Below are positions 19,080 through 28,656 of a stretch of 64,000 bases of DNA, in pieces; positions within the stretch are counted from its first letter, which is position 1; the number at the start of each line of letters is the position of its first letter. The position numbers and the translations under genes were made by a program. Under the pieces are notes generated by a model. The model saw only the letters and a list, made by a program, of their open reading frames with translations. It had not been told where the DNA came from and ran no database searches. This DNA comes from Rhodospirillaceae bacterium (GTDB lineage Bacteria; Pseudomonadota; Alphaproteobacteria; Kiloniellales; DSM-21159): NCBI GenBank assembly GCA_029265995.1, contig JAJUFM010000002.1:2956-66955 (forward strand), given 5' to 3'.

Positions 19080-20255
19080 TTAGCTGGCGCTTAGCAGCTC
19101 TCTGGGGCAGTTGGCAAAGGGACGAGCTCCGTCCGGCGTCACCACGAAACTTTCGGAGACAACAAGACCGTACTTGTCTTGCCACAGGGCGGGAATGCAG
19201 TGGAACGTCATGTTCTCTTCCATGACCGTCGTATCGCCAGCCCGGATCGAACAGGTCAATTCGCCCCAGGTTGGCGGGAAGCCGATGCCTACCGGGTACC
19301 CGATGCGGCTATCCTTTTCGATGCCGTGCCTGCGGATCACCTTGTCCCAGGCGGCATGCACGTTTTGAAGTTCGACTCCCGGACGCACGACATCGAGTGC
19401 CGCCTCCAGTCCTTCACGGATGATCTTGGTCGTCTCTACGAGTTCCGGCTTGGGCTCGCCGACCATGACGCAGCGGGAGAGTGGTGAATGGTAGCGATGA
19501 CGGATGCCGCCGAGCTCGATGTAGAAGAGTTCGCCAGCCCGGAGCGGTGCGTCGGTCCAGCTCAGATGCGGCGCAGAGGCCAGCTCACCAACCATGGCAT
19601 TCGGAGGCTTGCAGGGGAAGGTGCCGCCAAACTCCGGCGTGCCGGCGGTGGTGACGCGATAGATCTCCGCCATCACGTCACACTGGCGCACCCCTTCCCG
19701 CACGAGCCTGCGCCCCGCGTCCATGGCAGCTGTAGCGATCGCGCCGGCCTGCGACATGAATTCGATTTCCCGGGCCGACTTTACCATCCGGCACTGATTG
19801 ACCAGGAGAAAGCCGTCGTCGAAGCTGTCACGCCCCAGGTCATGGGTCAGGATTTGGTGCCATTTCGCGGTGTAGTAGTAGTCATCCATCTCAGCCGCTA
19901 TCCGGCCCCGGTGCAAGCCGCGTTCCTTCAGAACTTCTGCGAGATACTGCATCGGATGTAAATCGCGGGAGCCGACATATTTGTCGGGATAGGCCACGAC
20001 ATTGCTTTCGGAGAGGAAGGCGGTGAACTTGGCCCCTACTGCATCCATCTTGCGGCCAAACCAGAAGGGCTCCTCCTCATCGAGGGAAACGACCACCATC
20101 TGCGGCGTATAGAAGGACCAGCCATCGTAGCCCGTCAGCCAGAACTGGTTGGCGGGATTAGAAACCAGCAGGACATCGAAACCTGCTGCGGCCATGGCCT
20201 CCTTGGTCTTCTTAACACGCTGACGATATTCGTCGATTTCGAATAGGAGATGCAT
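19080..20255 (-). CDS. M24-family metallopeptidase-fold hydrolase (creatinase / ectoine-hydrolase DoeA-like)
   Basis: Internal ATG 20255 gives 391 aa. It has a creatinase_N-like N-terminus (LTGYDGWSFY) plus a pita-bread C-domain. It is co-directional with the GGT-like gene, 43 nt upstream of it. Confidence 0.8.
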   Translation of the reverse strand: MHLLFEIDEYRQRVKKTKEAMAAAGFDVLLVSNPANQFWLTGYDGWSFYTPQMVVVSLDEEEPFWFGRKMDAVGAKFTAFLSESNVVAYPDKYVGSRDLHPMQYLAEVLKERGLHRGRIAAEMDDYYYTAKWHQILTHDLGRDSFDDGFLLVNQCRMVKSAREIEFMSQAGAIATAAMDAGRRLVREGVRQCDVMAEIYRVTTAGTPEFGGTFPCKPPNAMVGELASAPHLSWTDAPLRAGELFYIELGGIRHRYHSPLSRCVMVGEPKPELVETTKIIREGLEAALDVVRPGVELQNVHAAWDKVIRRHGIEKDSRIGYPVGIGFPPTWGELTCSIRAGDTTVMEENMTFHCIPALWQDKYGLVVSESFVVTPDGARPFANCPRELLSAS

Positions 20256-20393
20256 CGTTCCGCCCTGTTCATGGAAAGCTGACGAAGTCTCCCTTGAACC
20301 GGCAGAGATGTCGATCGAAGTTTGCCGCAACCCCACGAGACGGGTTTCCCGCGCCGGATCGGCGCAGACGTTCGTGCATGAGGAAGGTTCGGC

Positions 20394-20558
20394 ATGATTG
20401 GCTACACCATGGTGGGAACCAACGACCTGGAGCGATCGCTCGCCATTTTACAGCCCGCTTCGAAGGATGTCAGACTAGGGAATCGTCTGAGCCCGCAGAT
20501 GACGTCGGCCGGGCGACCGCCTAGGCGTATCGTTTCTTCCGCCCGTCTCCTGCATTAA
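20394..20558 (+). pseudogene. Remnant of a VOC/glyoxalase-family gene (intact RBS, start and about 18 codons, then frame decay)
   Basis: GAGGAAGG lies upstream of ATG 20394. The N-terminus MIGYTMVGTNDLERSLA matches the typical VOC start. The expected continuation FYSPL appears only in another frame. The next gene starts at 20600, so most of the roughly 125-aa domain is missing. Confidence 0.4.
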
Positions 20559-20599
20559 GCTCCCAATCCTCTTCTTTCCGCCCATTCCACGACAGGAGA

Positions 20600-21538
20600 G
20601 TGGTTACCTTGTCCCTACCCGCGTCGCTTCAGGCTTGCCTCAGTCTACCCGCCATTGCTGCGCCGATGTTCCTCATCTCCGGGCCCGATCTGGTTGTCGA
20701 ATCCTGCCGAGCCGGGGTGATCGGCACCTTCCCAAGCCTCAACCAGCGCAGCACCGAGGGCTATGCCGAATGGCTGGCGGAGATTCGGGAACGGCTCGCC
20801 ACTGTACCTGAAACTGCGCCCTTCGGGGTCAACCTGATCGTCCACCGGACCAACAAGCGGCTCGAGGCTGATCTCAAGGTGACGGTAGAGAACAAGGTGC
20901 CGCTGGTCATTACCTCCCTGGGCGCGGTGAGCGAGCTGGTCGATGCGGTCCACGCCTATGGCGGATTGGTCTTTCACGACGTGATCAATCGCCGCCACGC
21001 CGAGAAGGCGGTGGAAGCCGGGGTGGATGGATTGATCGCCGTCTGCGCCGGAGCCGGTGGTCACGCTGGGACCCTCAGCCCCTTCGCCTTCCTGCCGGAG
21101 ATCCGCAGCTTTTTCGACAAGACGCTGATCCTGTCGGGCGCCATCAGCAACGGCCGGCAGATTGCTGCCGCCCGCATGCTGGGCGCCGACCTGGCCTATC
21201 TAGGCACCCGCTTCATTGCCACGAAGGAGAGCCTCGCCCATGACGAACATCGCCGGATGATCCTTGAGGCCGGCACCAGGGATCTGATCTACACGCCGGC
21301 GATTAGCGGCGTTCCCGGCAACTTTCTCCGCGCGTCGCTCGAGCGCGCCGGCCTGGACCCTGAAAACCTCCCCAGCGGGACGGCACTCTCACTCGATCAC
21401 GAAACCCGCGTCTGGAAGGACATCTGGTCGGCGGGCCAGGGAGCCGCTGCCATCAACGACATCCCTTCCGTCGCGGGACTCTGCGAACGGCTAAAGACAG
21501 AGTATGAGGAGGCGCTAAAGGAGTTCTGCAGCGGGTGA
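20600..21538 (+). CDS. Nitronate monooxygenase / NAD(P)H-dependent flavin oxidoreductase (NMO family)
   Basis: 312 aa FMN TIM-barrel protein with motifs IAAPMFLISG and GAGGHAG. Confidence 0.85.
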   Translation: MVTLSLPASLQACLSLPAIAAPMFLISGPDLVVESCRAGVIGTFPSLNQRSTEGYAEWLAEIRERLATVPETAPFGVNLIVHRTNKRLEADLKVTVENKVPLVITSLGAVSELVDAVHAYGGLVFHDVINRRHAEKAVEAGVDGLIAVCAGAGGHAGTLSPFAFLPEIRSFFDKTLILSGAISNGRQIAAARMLGADLAYLGTRFIATKESLAHDEHRRMILEAGTRDLIYTPAISGVPGNFLRASLERAGLDPENLPSGTALSLDHETRVWKDIWSAGQGAAAINDIPSVAGLCERLKTEYEEALKEFCSG

Positions 21539-21558
21539 AGCATCCTGCACGGCTACCC

Positions 21559-22218
21559 CTAGAGGCCCGGGATCGCCGTGCGCTTTTCTAAGAACTGCAG
21601 GATCTGCGCGACGGTCCCGGTCAGGACGATGTAGATCAGCGCCAGCAGCATGAAGACCTCGAAGAACATGAAGGTCTCGTAGCCAATTTTCTCGGCTCGG
21701 GCCGTGAGCTCTGAAACGCCGATGGCATAGGCGATTGATGTGTACTTGAGCTCAAGAATCGCCTCATTCGACCACTGCGGGATTACGCGGCGCAGCGCCT
21801 GTGGCAGAATGATCCAGCGCAAACCCTGGAACTGCGACATGCCCATGGCCCGCGCCGCCTGCAGCTGGCCCCGCGGTATCGAGCGAATTGCGCCGCGGAA
21901 ATACTCCGCCTGGTAGGCCGAGGTATTCAGGCCGATGGCGATGACAGCCGCAGTAAAGGGATCAAAGACGATCCCGATCTCCGGCAGCCCGAGATAGATG
22001 AAGAGCATCTGCACCAGCATCGGCGTGCCGCGGAAGATCTCCACGTAGGCTGTGGCCGCGCCGTAGATCAGCTTGTTGCCGTAGAGCCGAGCCCAGGCCA
22101 GCAGCAGACCGAAGAGGGCGCCGATGGCCATCGCCAGCGCCCAGAGACCAAGCGTGATCGGCAGCCCTTCGAGAATGTAAGGTAGGTGCTCGGCCCCGAA
22201 CTCAAGGAACTCGCTCAT
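21559..22218 (-). CDS. Polar amino acid ABC transporter permease
   Basis: 219 aa, HisM/HisQ-type, with an EAA loop (ARAMGMS..LRWIILPQA). Confidence 0.88.
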   Translation of the reverse strand: MSEFLEFGAEHLPYILEGLPITLGLWALAMAIGALFGLLLAWARLYGNKLIYGAATAYVEIFRGTPMLVQMLFIYLGLPEIGIVFDPFTAAVIAIGLNTSAYQAEYFRGAIRSIPRGQLQAARAMGMSQFQGLRWIILPQALRRVIPQWSNEAILELKYTSIAYAIGVSELTARAEKIGYETFMFFEVFMLLALIYIVLTGTVAQILQFLEKRTAIPGL

Positions 22219-22952
22219 GCCCCAGCGCCGCCTTCACCGATCCGACTGAGGAACTGCCGCGTCCGCTCGTGCTGGGGTGATGCGAAAAGCTGCTCCGGCG
22301 GTCCCTGCTCAAGGATGTGTCCCCCGTCCATGAAAATGATCTCGTCCGCAGCCTGACGCGCGAAACCAATCTCATGGCTCACCACCAGCATGGTCATGCC
22401 ATCGCTTGCCAACTGCTTCATGACCGCGACCACCTCGCCCGTCAGTTCGGGATCGAGGGCGCTGGTCGGCTCGTCGAACAGGATAACCTTCGGCTCCATC
22501 GCCAGAGCACGGGCTATGGAGACACGCTGCTGCTGTCCCCCGGAAAGTTCGGCCGGATAGGCCTCTGCCCGTTCGACCATTCCAACGCGCTCCAGCTCCC
22601 GCATTGCGAGGTCGCGCGCAGCCACCTTGTTCATGCCGCGGATCTTGCGGGGCCCCACGGCAACGTTGTCTACAGCACGCAGATGGGTGAAGAGATTGAA
22701 GTCCTGAAAGACGAAGGCCAGCTTTTCGCGCATCTTGTTCAGATTGGCAGAGGTAATCTCTACCCCTTCGACCAGGACGCGCCCCTGATCCGGTGGCGTC
22801 AGATGGTTGATGCAGCGCAGCAGGGTGGACTTGCCCGTGCCCGAGGGGCCCATAATGACCTTGGACTGCCCCGCCACCACGTTCAGGCTAACCCCTTTCA
22901 AAACCTCCGCAGTTCCGTAGCGCTTGTGAATGTTTTCCACTTGAAGAAGCAT
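22215..22952 (-). CDS. Polar amino acid ABC transporter ATP-binding protein
   Basis: 245 aa with Walker [10 protein letters not shown], signature LSGGQQQR and Walker [12 protein letters not shown]. Confidence 0.92.
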   Translation of the reverse strand: MLLQVENIHKRYGTAEVLKGVSLNVVAGQSKVIMGPSGTGKSTLLRCINHLTPPDQGRVLVEGVEITSANLNKMREKLAFVFQDFNLFTHLRAVDNVAVGPRKIRGMNKVAARDLAMRELERVGMVERAEAYPAELSGGQQQRVSIARALAMEPKVILFDEPTSALDPELTGEVVAVMKQLASDGMTMLVVSHEIGFARQAADEIIFMDGGHILEQGPPEQLFASPQHERTRQFLSRIGEGGAGA

Positions 22953-22954
22953 CG

Positions 22955-23626
22955 TCAGCCCTGCCCCCCTTGTTCAAAGCCCGGCACGGCCAGCTTCCGT
23001 TCCAGCCTGTAAAGACCCCAGTTACCAAGCCAGTTGAAAATGAAATAGAGGGCGGCAACGACAGCGAACACAGCCAGAATGTTTCCCTGGGTACTGGAAA
23101 TGATGTAGCGCGCCTGCCGCGTCAGCTCGACGACGCCGATGACATAGGCGAGGGACGTCGCCTTCATTTCGCTGGAAAACTCGTTGGTCCAGGGCCCGAT
23201 CGACAGGCGAAGAGCTTGCGGAAGAATGATCTCCCGGATCGCCATCGGCTTCGACATGCCCATCGCCCGAGCGGCCAGCATCTGCCCCTGGGAAATTGAC
23301 AGGATGGAGCCCCGGAAAATCTGTGACTGATAGGCCGCCGACCTCAGCCCGAGTGCCAGCACCGCCGCCGTAAAGGCGCTGATATCCACGAAATCCGCGA
23401 CGCCATAGTAGAACAGCAGAAGCAGCACGATCGCCGGAATTCCGCGGAATATGCGCTCGAAGAGGACCCCGAACCAGCGGAGCGTCCAGTGGCCGTAGAC
23501 CTCCAGAATTGCGAGGCTAAGACCAAGGACGAACCCAAGCGCCAGCAGGCAAACCAGCAACTGCAGGGCCACCCAGACGCCGTGCAGAAGATACGGCATC
23601 TGAGTAATAAGAATTTCGACAATCAT
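22955..23626 (-). CDS. Polar amino acid ABC transporter permease
   Basis: 223 aa, second HisM/Q-type permease, with EAA loop ARAMGMSKPMAIREIILPQA. Confidence 0.88.
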   Translation of the reverse strand: MIVEILITQMPYLLHGVWVALQLLVCLLALGFVLGLSLAILEVYGHWTLRWFGVLFERIFRGIPAIVLLLLFYYGVADFVDISAFTAAVLALGLRSAAYQSQIFRGSILSISQGQMLAARAMGMSKPMAIREIILPQALRLSIGPWTNEFSSEMKATSLAYVIGVVELTRQARYIISSTQGNILAVFAVVAALYFIFNWLGNWGLYRLERKLAVPGFEQGGQG

Positions 23627-23689
23627 GCGGCTGAGGCTATTTCAGATGCAACGGCCGGCGATGGAGGATTTCCATCGCCGGCGCATTTC

Positions 23690-24526
23690 TCACTCGGAGT
23701 AGCCGGGAATCGGCTCCTGATAGGCGTCAACATAGTCCGGCATGCTGGCCGGAATAGGCCTGATCGTCGACTGCGGCGAGTACTGACGCACGATCTCTTC
23801 CCACTCCCCGGATCTGTAGATATTCATGATCCCAGCGTTGAGCTTCCCAAGGAGTTCCTTGGGATCACCCTTTTGTACCGCCAGTGCCTGCGGCTGATTC
23901 TGCTGAATGGTGCCCACGATCTTTACCGGACGGTCCTTTGCGATGAAGTCTTCAGCCGTGTCGGTAGAGGTCACCACCGCGTCAAGGCGCCCTGCCCCCA
24001 TGTCTTCGACCGCCGTTACATAGTCTTCATAGCTGCGCAGGGTGACATCGACATCCTCATTGGCGCCGAGGTTGTCTTCCAGCCACTGCAGCTGCGTGGC
24101 CCCACCCTGGGCGCCCACAGTTGCGCCGCAGCAAAGCGCGGTCACGACGTTCAGGTCGGAATCGAGCGGCACGAGGACCTCATCGTCGTTCTCCCACCAA
24201 GGGATCGAGAAGTCCAAGACTTCGTTGCGCTCCTCGGTGATGTTCAGACCGGTGACGAGGAGATCGATCCGGCCCTTGGCAAGAGCCGGAATGAGCGACG
24301 GCCAGGGCAGATCCCTGAACTCGACTTCCAATCCCTGATCCTCGGCAATGGCGCGCATGGCATCGATCGCGATGCCTTTATACTCGCCTGACTCCACGTA
24401 GGCCCAGGGCGGAAAGGACGCCTCGACCCCTGCGACCAACGGCTCGGCCGATGCAGCCCCTGCGCCGCCGATCAATGAAGCCGCGGCGACCGCGCCGACA
24501 GCAAGCTTGCTCAGAAGACGTCCCAT
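23690..24526 (-). CDS. Family-3 periplasmic substrate-binding protein of the ABC transporter
   Basis: 278 aa with a signal peptide and SBP_bac_3 pattern. It is the first gene of the SBP-permease-ATPase-permease operon. Confidence 0.85.
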   Translation of the reverse strand: MGRLLSKLAVGAVAAASLIGGAGAASAEPLVAGVEASFPPWAYVESGEYKGIAIDAMRAIAEDQGLEVEFRDLPWPSLIPALAKGRIDLLVTGLNITEERNEVLDFSIPWWENDDEVLVPLDSDLNVVTALCCGATVGAQGGATQLQWLEDNLGANEDVDVTLRSYEDYVTAVEDMGAGRLDAVVTSTDTAEDFIAKDRPVKIVGTIQQNQPQALAVQKGDPKELLGKLNAGIMNIYRSGEWEEIVRQYSPQSTIRPIPASMPDYVDAYQEPIPGYSE

Positions 24527-24715
24527 GGCGCCCCCTCCCTTTCTTGGTTGACCGAGGGCGCTCTTATATCGCGGGGGTCGGGTCCATAAAAGGCCGGGGG
24601 GCTACTTTGCCGAAGCGCTCTTGTATTCTGGAAAGTAATTGAGGTGGCGATTCAGATCTTCCCCACCATTATTTTCAACAGACAGCTCTGTACATAATGA
24701 GACAGCCCGATGCCC

Positions 24716-25219
24716 TCAGTTACAGCGTCCGATCGATCCTTCGCGGCAGATGCGCTCGCCGTCGGTCCAAGTGGCGCCGGAAAGGTCGGCAAAGGAGAAA
24801 TCAGCATTGCTGATGATGGCACCGGTCAGGTTTGCGCCGGCGAGATTCGCTCGGAACAGACGGGCTTCGCGCAGCTGGGCATCAGACAAGTCTGCTCCAG
24901 TCAGATCGGCTTTCGTAAAGTCCGCCTGAAAGAGTTCAGCCTCTCTCAGCACCGCGTTCTGCAGGTTGGTGTTGATGAACTTGGCCCGATGGCCCTCCAC
25001 GCCGGTCAAGTCAGCCTCGCTGAGGTCAGCCCTGAGAAAGCTGGCATCACGGAGGCGCGCTCCCGCCAGATCGACGCCGGCGAGATTGATCCCGTCGAAG
25101 TTACAACGCTGCCAGTCGGCATCGCTTCCGGGAGGATCGGTACAGGCTGCAGCGGCAGGCCCTTGGTCCAGGACAATCACAGCCATCGCGATCAGAAAGA
25201 AGAGCAAGAGACGGTTCAT
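24716..25219 (-). CDS. Secreted pentapeptide-repeat protein
   Basis: ATG 25219 has AGGTGG upstream. The protein has a signal peptide (MNRLLLFFLIAMAVIVL...AAAA), then about 20 consecutive A(D/N)LxG-type pentapeptides. Cys pairs sit at both ends. Confidence 0.85.
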   Translation of the reverse strand: MNRLLLFFLIAMAVIVLDQGPAAAACTDPPGSDADWQRCNFDGINLAGVDLAGARLRDASFLRADLSEADLTGVEGHRAKFINTNLQNAVLREAELFQADFTKADLTGADLSDAQLREARLFRANLAGANLTGAIISNADFSFADLSGATWTDGERICREGSIGRCN

Positions 25220-25276
25220 GCCACCTAGAATGTTGCTTCCCATGCCTTCAGACAATGGCACCTGGCTGCGCAGCTG

Positions 25277-25765
25277 TCATGCCGTCTTGCTTCGGCGGAA
25301 GCGTACGGCTCGCCCTGCTTCGGCTGGCCAGGGCAGCTTTTCCTGTTCTGCCGTGATCTCCTCCAGCTTCCTCTGAATTGCGTCGGGCATCGCCGCGCTG
25401 CGGCGGGTTTCAAGATTGACGTAGAGGCTCATGAACTCACCGGTCGCCGCCAGATATCCCTGATCCGCGTGATGCATGCGCCAGAAGGTGTGGAGCCTCT
25501 TGCGGTCCCAGCCCAGAAGCTGCAGCGAGATAATGATGGGATCTCCCAACTTCATCTCAGCCTGATAGGTCAGGTGCCCTTCGGCCGCGAAGAGGGTGCC
25601 CCCCGTCTGCTCCCGGTGCTCCTCGGTCAGCCCGATCCGCTGCATCAGGCCATCCATTCCGCGATCGAAGGCATAGACGTAGTAGGCCAAGTTCATATGC
25701 CCGTTGTAGTCGATCCATTCCTCCGGGATCTTGGTCCGGTAGAGCTCCAGCGGCTCTGTGCTCAT
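25277..25765 (-). CDS. Hotdog-fold (4HBT-like) thioesterase family protein
   Basis: 162 aa with an IPEEWIDYNGHMNLAYY motif typical of thioesterase-like hotdog proteins. Confidence 0.75.
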   Translation of the reverse strand: MSTEPLELYRTKIPEEWIDYNGHMNLAYYVYAFDRGMDGLMQRIGLTEEHREQTGGTLFAAEGHLTYQAEMKLGDPIIISLQLLGWDRKRLHTFWRMHHADQGYLAATGEFMSLYVNLETRRSAAMPDAIQRKLEEITAEQEKLPWPAEAGRAVRFRRSKTA

Positions 25766-25927
25766 TCTTCTTGTTACCTCTCATACGATTAGGTCGCTGG
25801 GGTGGAGCGGCCGAAGCTTAGAGCAGCAGACCTTCATTGGAAATTACCGGCCTCAGCATGAGAGATTGGCCCGCTGCAACAAAGGCATTATGGCTTGAAG
25901 GCCGAAGTGCGGTAATGGGGAGAAGCC

Positions 25928-26869
25928 TTGTTACGATTTCTAAGTTTGCTCGGCGGCCGCGGGGTGACGCTGCTCTTCGTCGGCGTCTTCCTGGGGCTCG
26001 CCGTGCCCGGACTCGCCGTGCTGCTCCGGCCGTTGCTCGCGACGAGCGTCGTGCTCCTACTCTTCTTTTCGCTGCTTCGGGTGGACTGGCTAAGTATCCT
26101 CGGTCATCTAAAACGGCCTCTGCTTACGACACTGCTCGTTGCCTGGATGCTCCTTGGGTCGCCAGTTCTAACGTGGGTGCTATCGAGCAACCTGCCTATT
26201 CCTCAAAGCCTTACAACGGCCGTCATCCTGATGGCAGCCGCACCACCCATCCTCGGTTCGACGGCCATAGCCTTGCTGCTGGGTTTGGATGGGGCCTTGG
26301 CCCTTGTGGTCGGCCTGATTTCAACAATGCTCGCGCCGCTCACGATTCCTCCCCTCGCCTTCTGGCTTCTGAATCTCGAACTGGAAGTGGGAACCTGGGA
26401 GCTGATGCTGCGTCTCTCGGCCATCGTCGTCCCGGCACTGATCGGCGCGCTTATCGTCCGGCGCTGGCTCGGTCGGGAGTGGCTTCGTACAAACGCAGTC
26501 GCCATTGATGGGACGATCGTGCTGGTGATGCTGATCTTCGCCATCGGCGTAATGGATGGCGTAACGCTCACCATGATCGAGCGACCGGGCATCGTCGCGC
26601 TCTGGTTATTCGTCTCCTTCATTGCCAATCCAGCACTCCAGATGGTGACAATTCTCATTTTCTGGAGTCTCGGACGACGGCTGGCCTTTACCGCGGGCCT
26701 GCTGGCAGGCAATTGCAACATGGGATTGCTGCTGGCGGCCCTACCGGCATCGGCCGACTACGATGTCGTGCTCTATTTCGCTATCGCGCAGATCCCCATG
26801 TACGTTTTGCCCGCCCTCACCAAACCGATCTACCGCCGGCTCTTGGTTCAAATGCACTCCGCTACTTGA
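25928..26869 (+). CDS. Polytopic membrane transporter, bile-acid:Na+ symporter (BASS/SBF)-like
   Basis: 313 aa, TTG start, about 9-10 hydrophobic segments. The family call is by general resemblance only. Confidence 0.55.
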   Translation: MLRFLSLLGGRGVTLLFVGVFLGLAVPGLAVLLRPLLATSVVLLLFFSLLRVDWLSILGHLKRPLLTTLLVAWMLLGSPVLTWVLSSNLPIPQSLTTAVILMAAAPPILGSTAIALLLGLDGALALVVGLISTMLAPLTIPPLAFWLLNLELEVGTWELMLRLSAIVVPALIGALIVRRWLGREWLRTNAVAIDGTIVLVMLIFAIGVMDGVTLTMIERPGIVALWLFVSFIANPALQMVTILIFWSLGRRLAFTAGLLAGNCNMGLLLAALPASADYDVVLYFAIAQIPMYVLPALTKPIYRRLLVQMHSAT

Positions 26870-26922
26870 CGCGACGCTGTGGAGCGCAAAGGCTGGCAGC
26901 TCTTGCAGGCATGGGGTGAAAG

Positions 26923-28656
26923 ATGACCGAGGAGCGGTCCCGACCTAAAGGCATGAAGGCAGGCCTCACGCACTACGGTGACGCCGGTTTTTCACTCTTC
27001 CTCCGCAAAGCCTTCATAAAGGCTATGGGCTATAGCGATGCCGCGCTTTCTCGACCCATCGTCGGGATTACCGATACCTTTAGCGGCTACAATGCCTGCC
27101 ATCGCACGGTGCCCGAGATGATCGAGGCCATCGAACGCGGGGTGATGCTCGCGGGTGGCCTGCCGGTACGTTTCCCCGTCACCTCCATGCACGAGTCCTT
27201 TTCCAATCCCACCTCCATGTTCCTGCGCAATCTCATGGCGATGGACGTGGAAGAGATGATCCGGGCGCAGCCCATGGACGCGGTTGTCCTCATCGGCGGC
27301 TGCGACAAGACTGTGCCGGCCCTCTTGATGGGCGCCGCCAGCGCTGGCGTTCCCGCGATCTTGACGGTGACCGGGCCGATGATGACAGGCGACCACCGCG
27401 GCGAACGTCTTGGCGCCTGTACCGACTGCCGCCGCTTCTGGGCCCGCCATCGGGCCGGAGAATTCGATGAGCCGGAAATGGAAGAGATTTCCGGAAAGCT
27501 GGCGCCCACCGCCGGCACCTGCATGGTCATGGGCACGGCCAGCACCATGGCGCTTACATCCGAAGCCCTCGGGATGATGCTGCCAGGAGGCGCCGCGATC
27601 CCGGCGGTTCATGCGGACCGGCTGCGCCACTGCGAAGCCAGCGGCGGGCGCGCGGTCGCGCTCGCTGAGAAAAGGCTAACACCGGATAAAATCATGACCC
27701 GCGGCGCCTTCCGCAATGCGCTGCGCATTCTTCATGCCATTGGTGGCTCGACCAATGGCCTTGTTCATCTGGCGGCCGTGGCAGGTCGCTTGGGCTTCAG
27801 CCTGGATCTCGACGCCTTCGACGCCCTGGGCCAGGAAACGCCGGTTCTCGTCGACCTGAAACCCTCCGGCCAGCACTACATGGAAGACCTCCACAAGGCC
27901 GGTGGCTTGACCCCCATCCTACGCGAACTCAAGCATCAGTTGGAGCTGGACTGCCTCACCATCAGCGGCCGAACCCTGGGGGAGGAACTGGGAGCGGCGG
28001 CTGATGACTGGCCCCAGGAGGTGGTGCGCCCCTTCGCTCGTCCTATCCATAGCGGCGGCGCGCTGCGAGTTCTTCGCGGCAACCTTGCCCCGGAAGGTGC
28101 TCTCATCAAGCAGTCCGCGGCCTCCCCTGCCCTTCTGCAGCATGAGGGCCCTGCGGTGGTTTTCGAGAACCTGGAGGACCTGGCACGCAGGATCGATGAT
28201 CCCGAGCTGGCGGTCACGCCCGAAAGCGTCCTCGTCCTGAAGAACGCCGGTCCAAAGGGCGCTCCTGGCATGCCGGAATCCGGCTACCTGCCAATTCCCA
28301 GAAAGCTCGCGCAGGCGGGGGTCAAGGACATGGTGCGTATCTCCGATGCCCGAATGAGCGGAACGGCTTTCGGCACCATTGTGCTGCACGTGAGCCCCGA
28401 GGCCGCCGAGGGCGGCCCCCTGGCGCTGGTCGAAAACGGAGATCGCATTCGGCTCGACGCGGCGGTCGGGGAGATCAACCTGCTGGTAGAGGAGGAGGAA
28501 TTGGCGGCACGACGAAACCGCTGGCATGCCCCTCAACAGCACGACGGCTCTGAACGAGGTTACCTGCGTCTTTTTCTTCAGGAGGTCACACAGGCGCCCG
28601 AAGGCTGCGATTTCCGCTTCCTGCAACCGCCTCAGCGCAGCAGCAACGTTCCTTGA
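26923..28656 (+). CDS. IlvD/Edd-family dehydratase (dihydroxy-acid or sugar-acid dehydratase)
   Basis: 577 aa with CDKTVPA and GTCMVMGTAS Fe-S ligand motifs and a C-terminal ISDARMSG motif. Confidence 0.9.
   Translation: MTEERSRPKGMKAGLTHYGDAGFSLFLRKAFIKAMGYSDAALSRPIVGITDTFSGYNACHRTVPEMIEAIERGVMLAGGLPVRFPVTSMHESFSNPTSMFLRNLMAMDVEEMIRAQPMDAVVLIGGCDKTVPALLMGAASAGVPAILTVTGPMMTGDHRGERLGACTDCRRFWARHRAGEFDEPEMEEISGKLAPTAGTCMVMGTASTMALTSEALGMMLPGGAAIPAVHADRLRHCEASGGRAVALAEKRLTPDKIMTRGAFRNALRILHAIGGSTNGLVHLAAVAGRLGFSLDLDAFDALGQETPVLVDLKPSGQHYMEDLHKAGGLTPILRELKHQLELDCLTISGRTLGEELGAAADDWPQEVVRPFARPIHSGGALRVLRGNLAPEGALIKQSAASPALLQHEGPAVVFENLEDLARRIDDPELAVTPESVLVLKNAGPKGAPGMPESGYLPIPRKLAQAGVKDMVRISDARMSGTAFGTIVLHVSPEAAEGGPLALVENGDRIRLDAAVGEINLLVEEEELAARRNRWHAPQQHDGSERGYLRLFLQEVTQAPEGCDFRFLQPPQRSSNVP

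Noticed and set aside
21559-24526. Polar amino acid ABC transporter as the ectoine uptake system EhuABCD.
   Set aside because: The gene order (SBP-permease-ATPase-permease) differs from ehuABCD. I cannot verify ectoine-binding residues by eye, so only the generic family assignment is supported.
24716-25219. 15-nt periodic DNA repetition that might suggest a repeat array or CRISPR.
   Set aside because: The periodicity is the coding repeat of a pentapeptide-repeat protein in one continuous ORF. There are no spacers and no cas genes.
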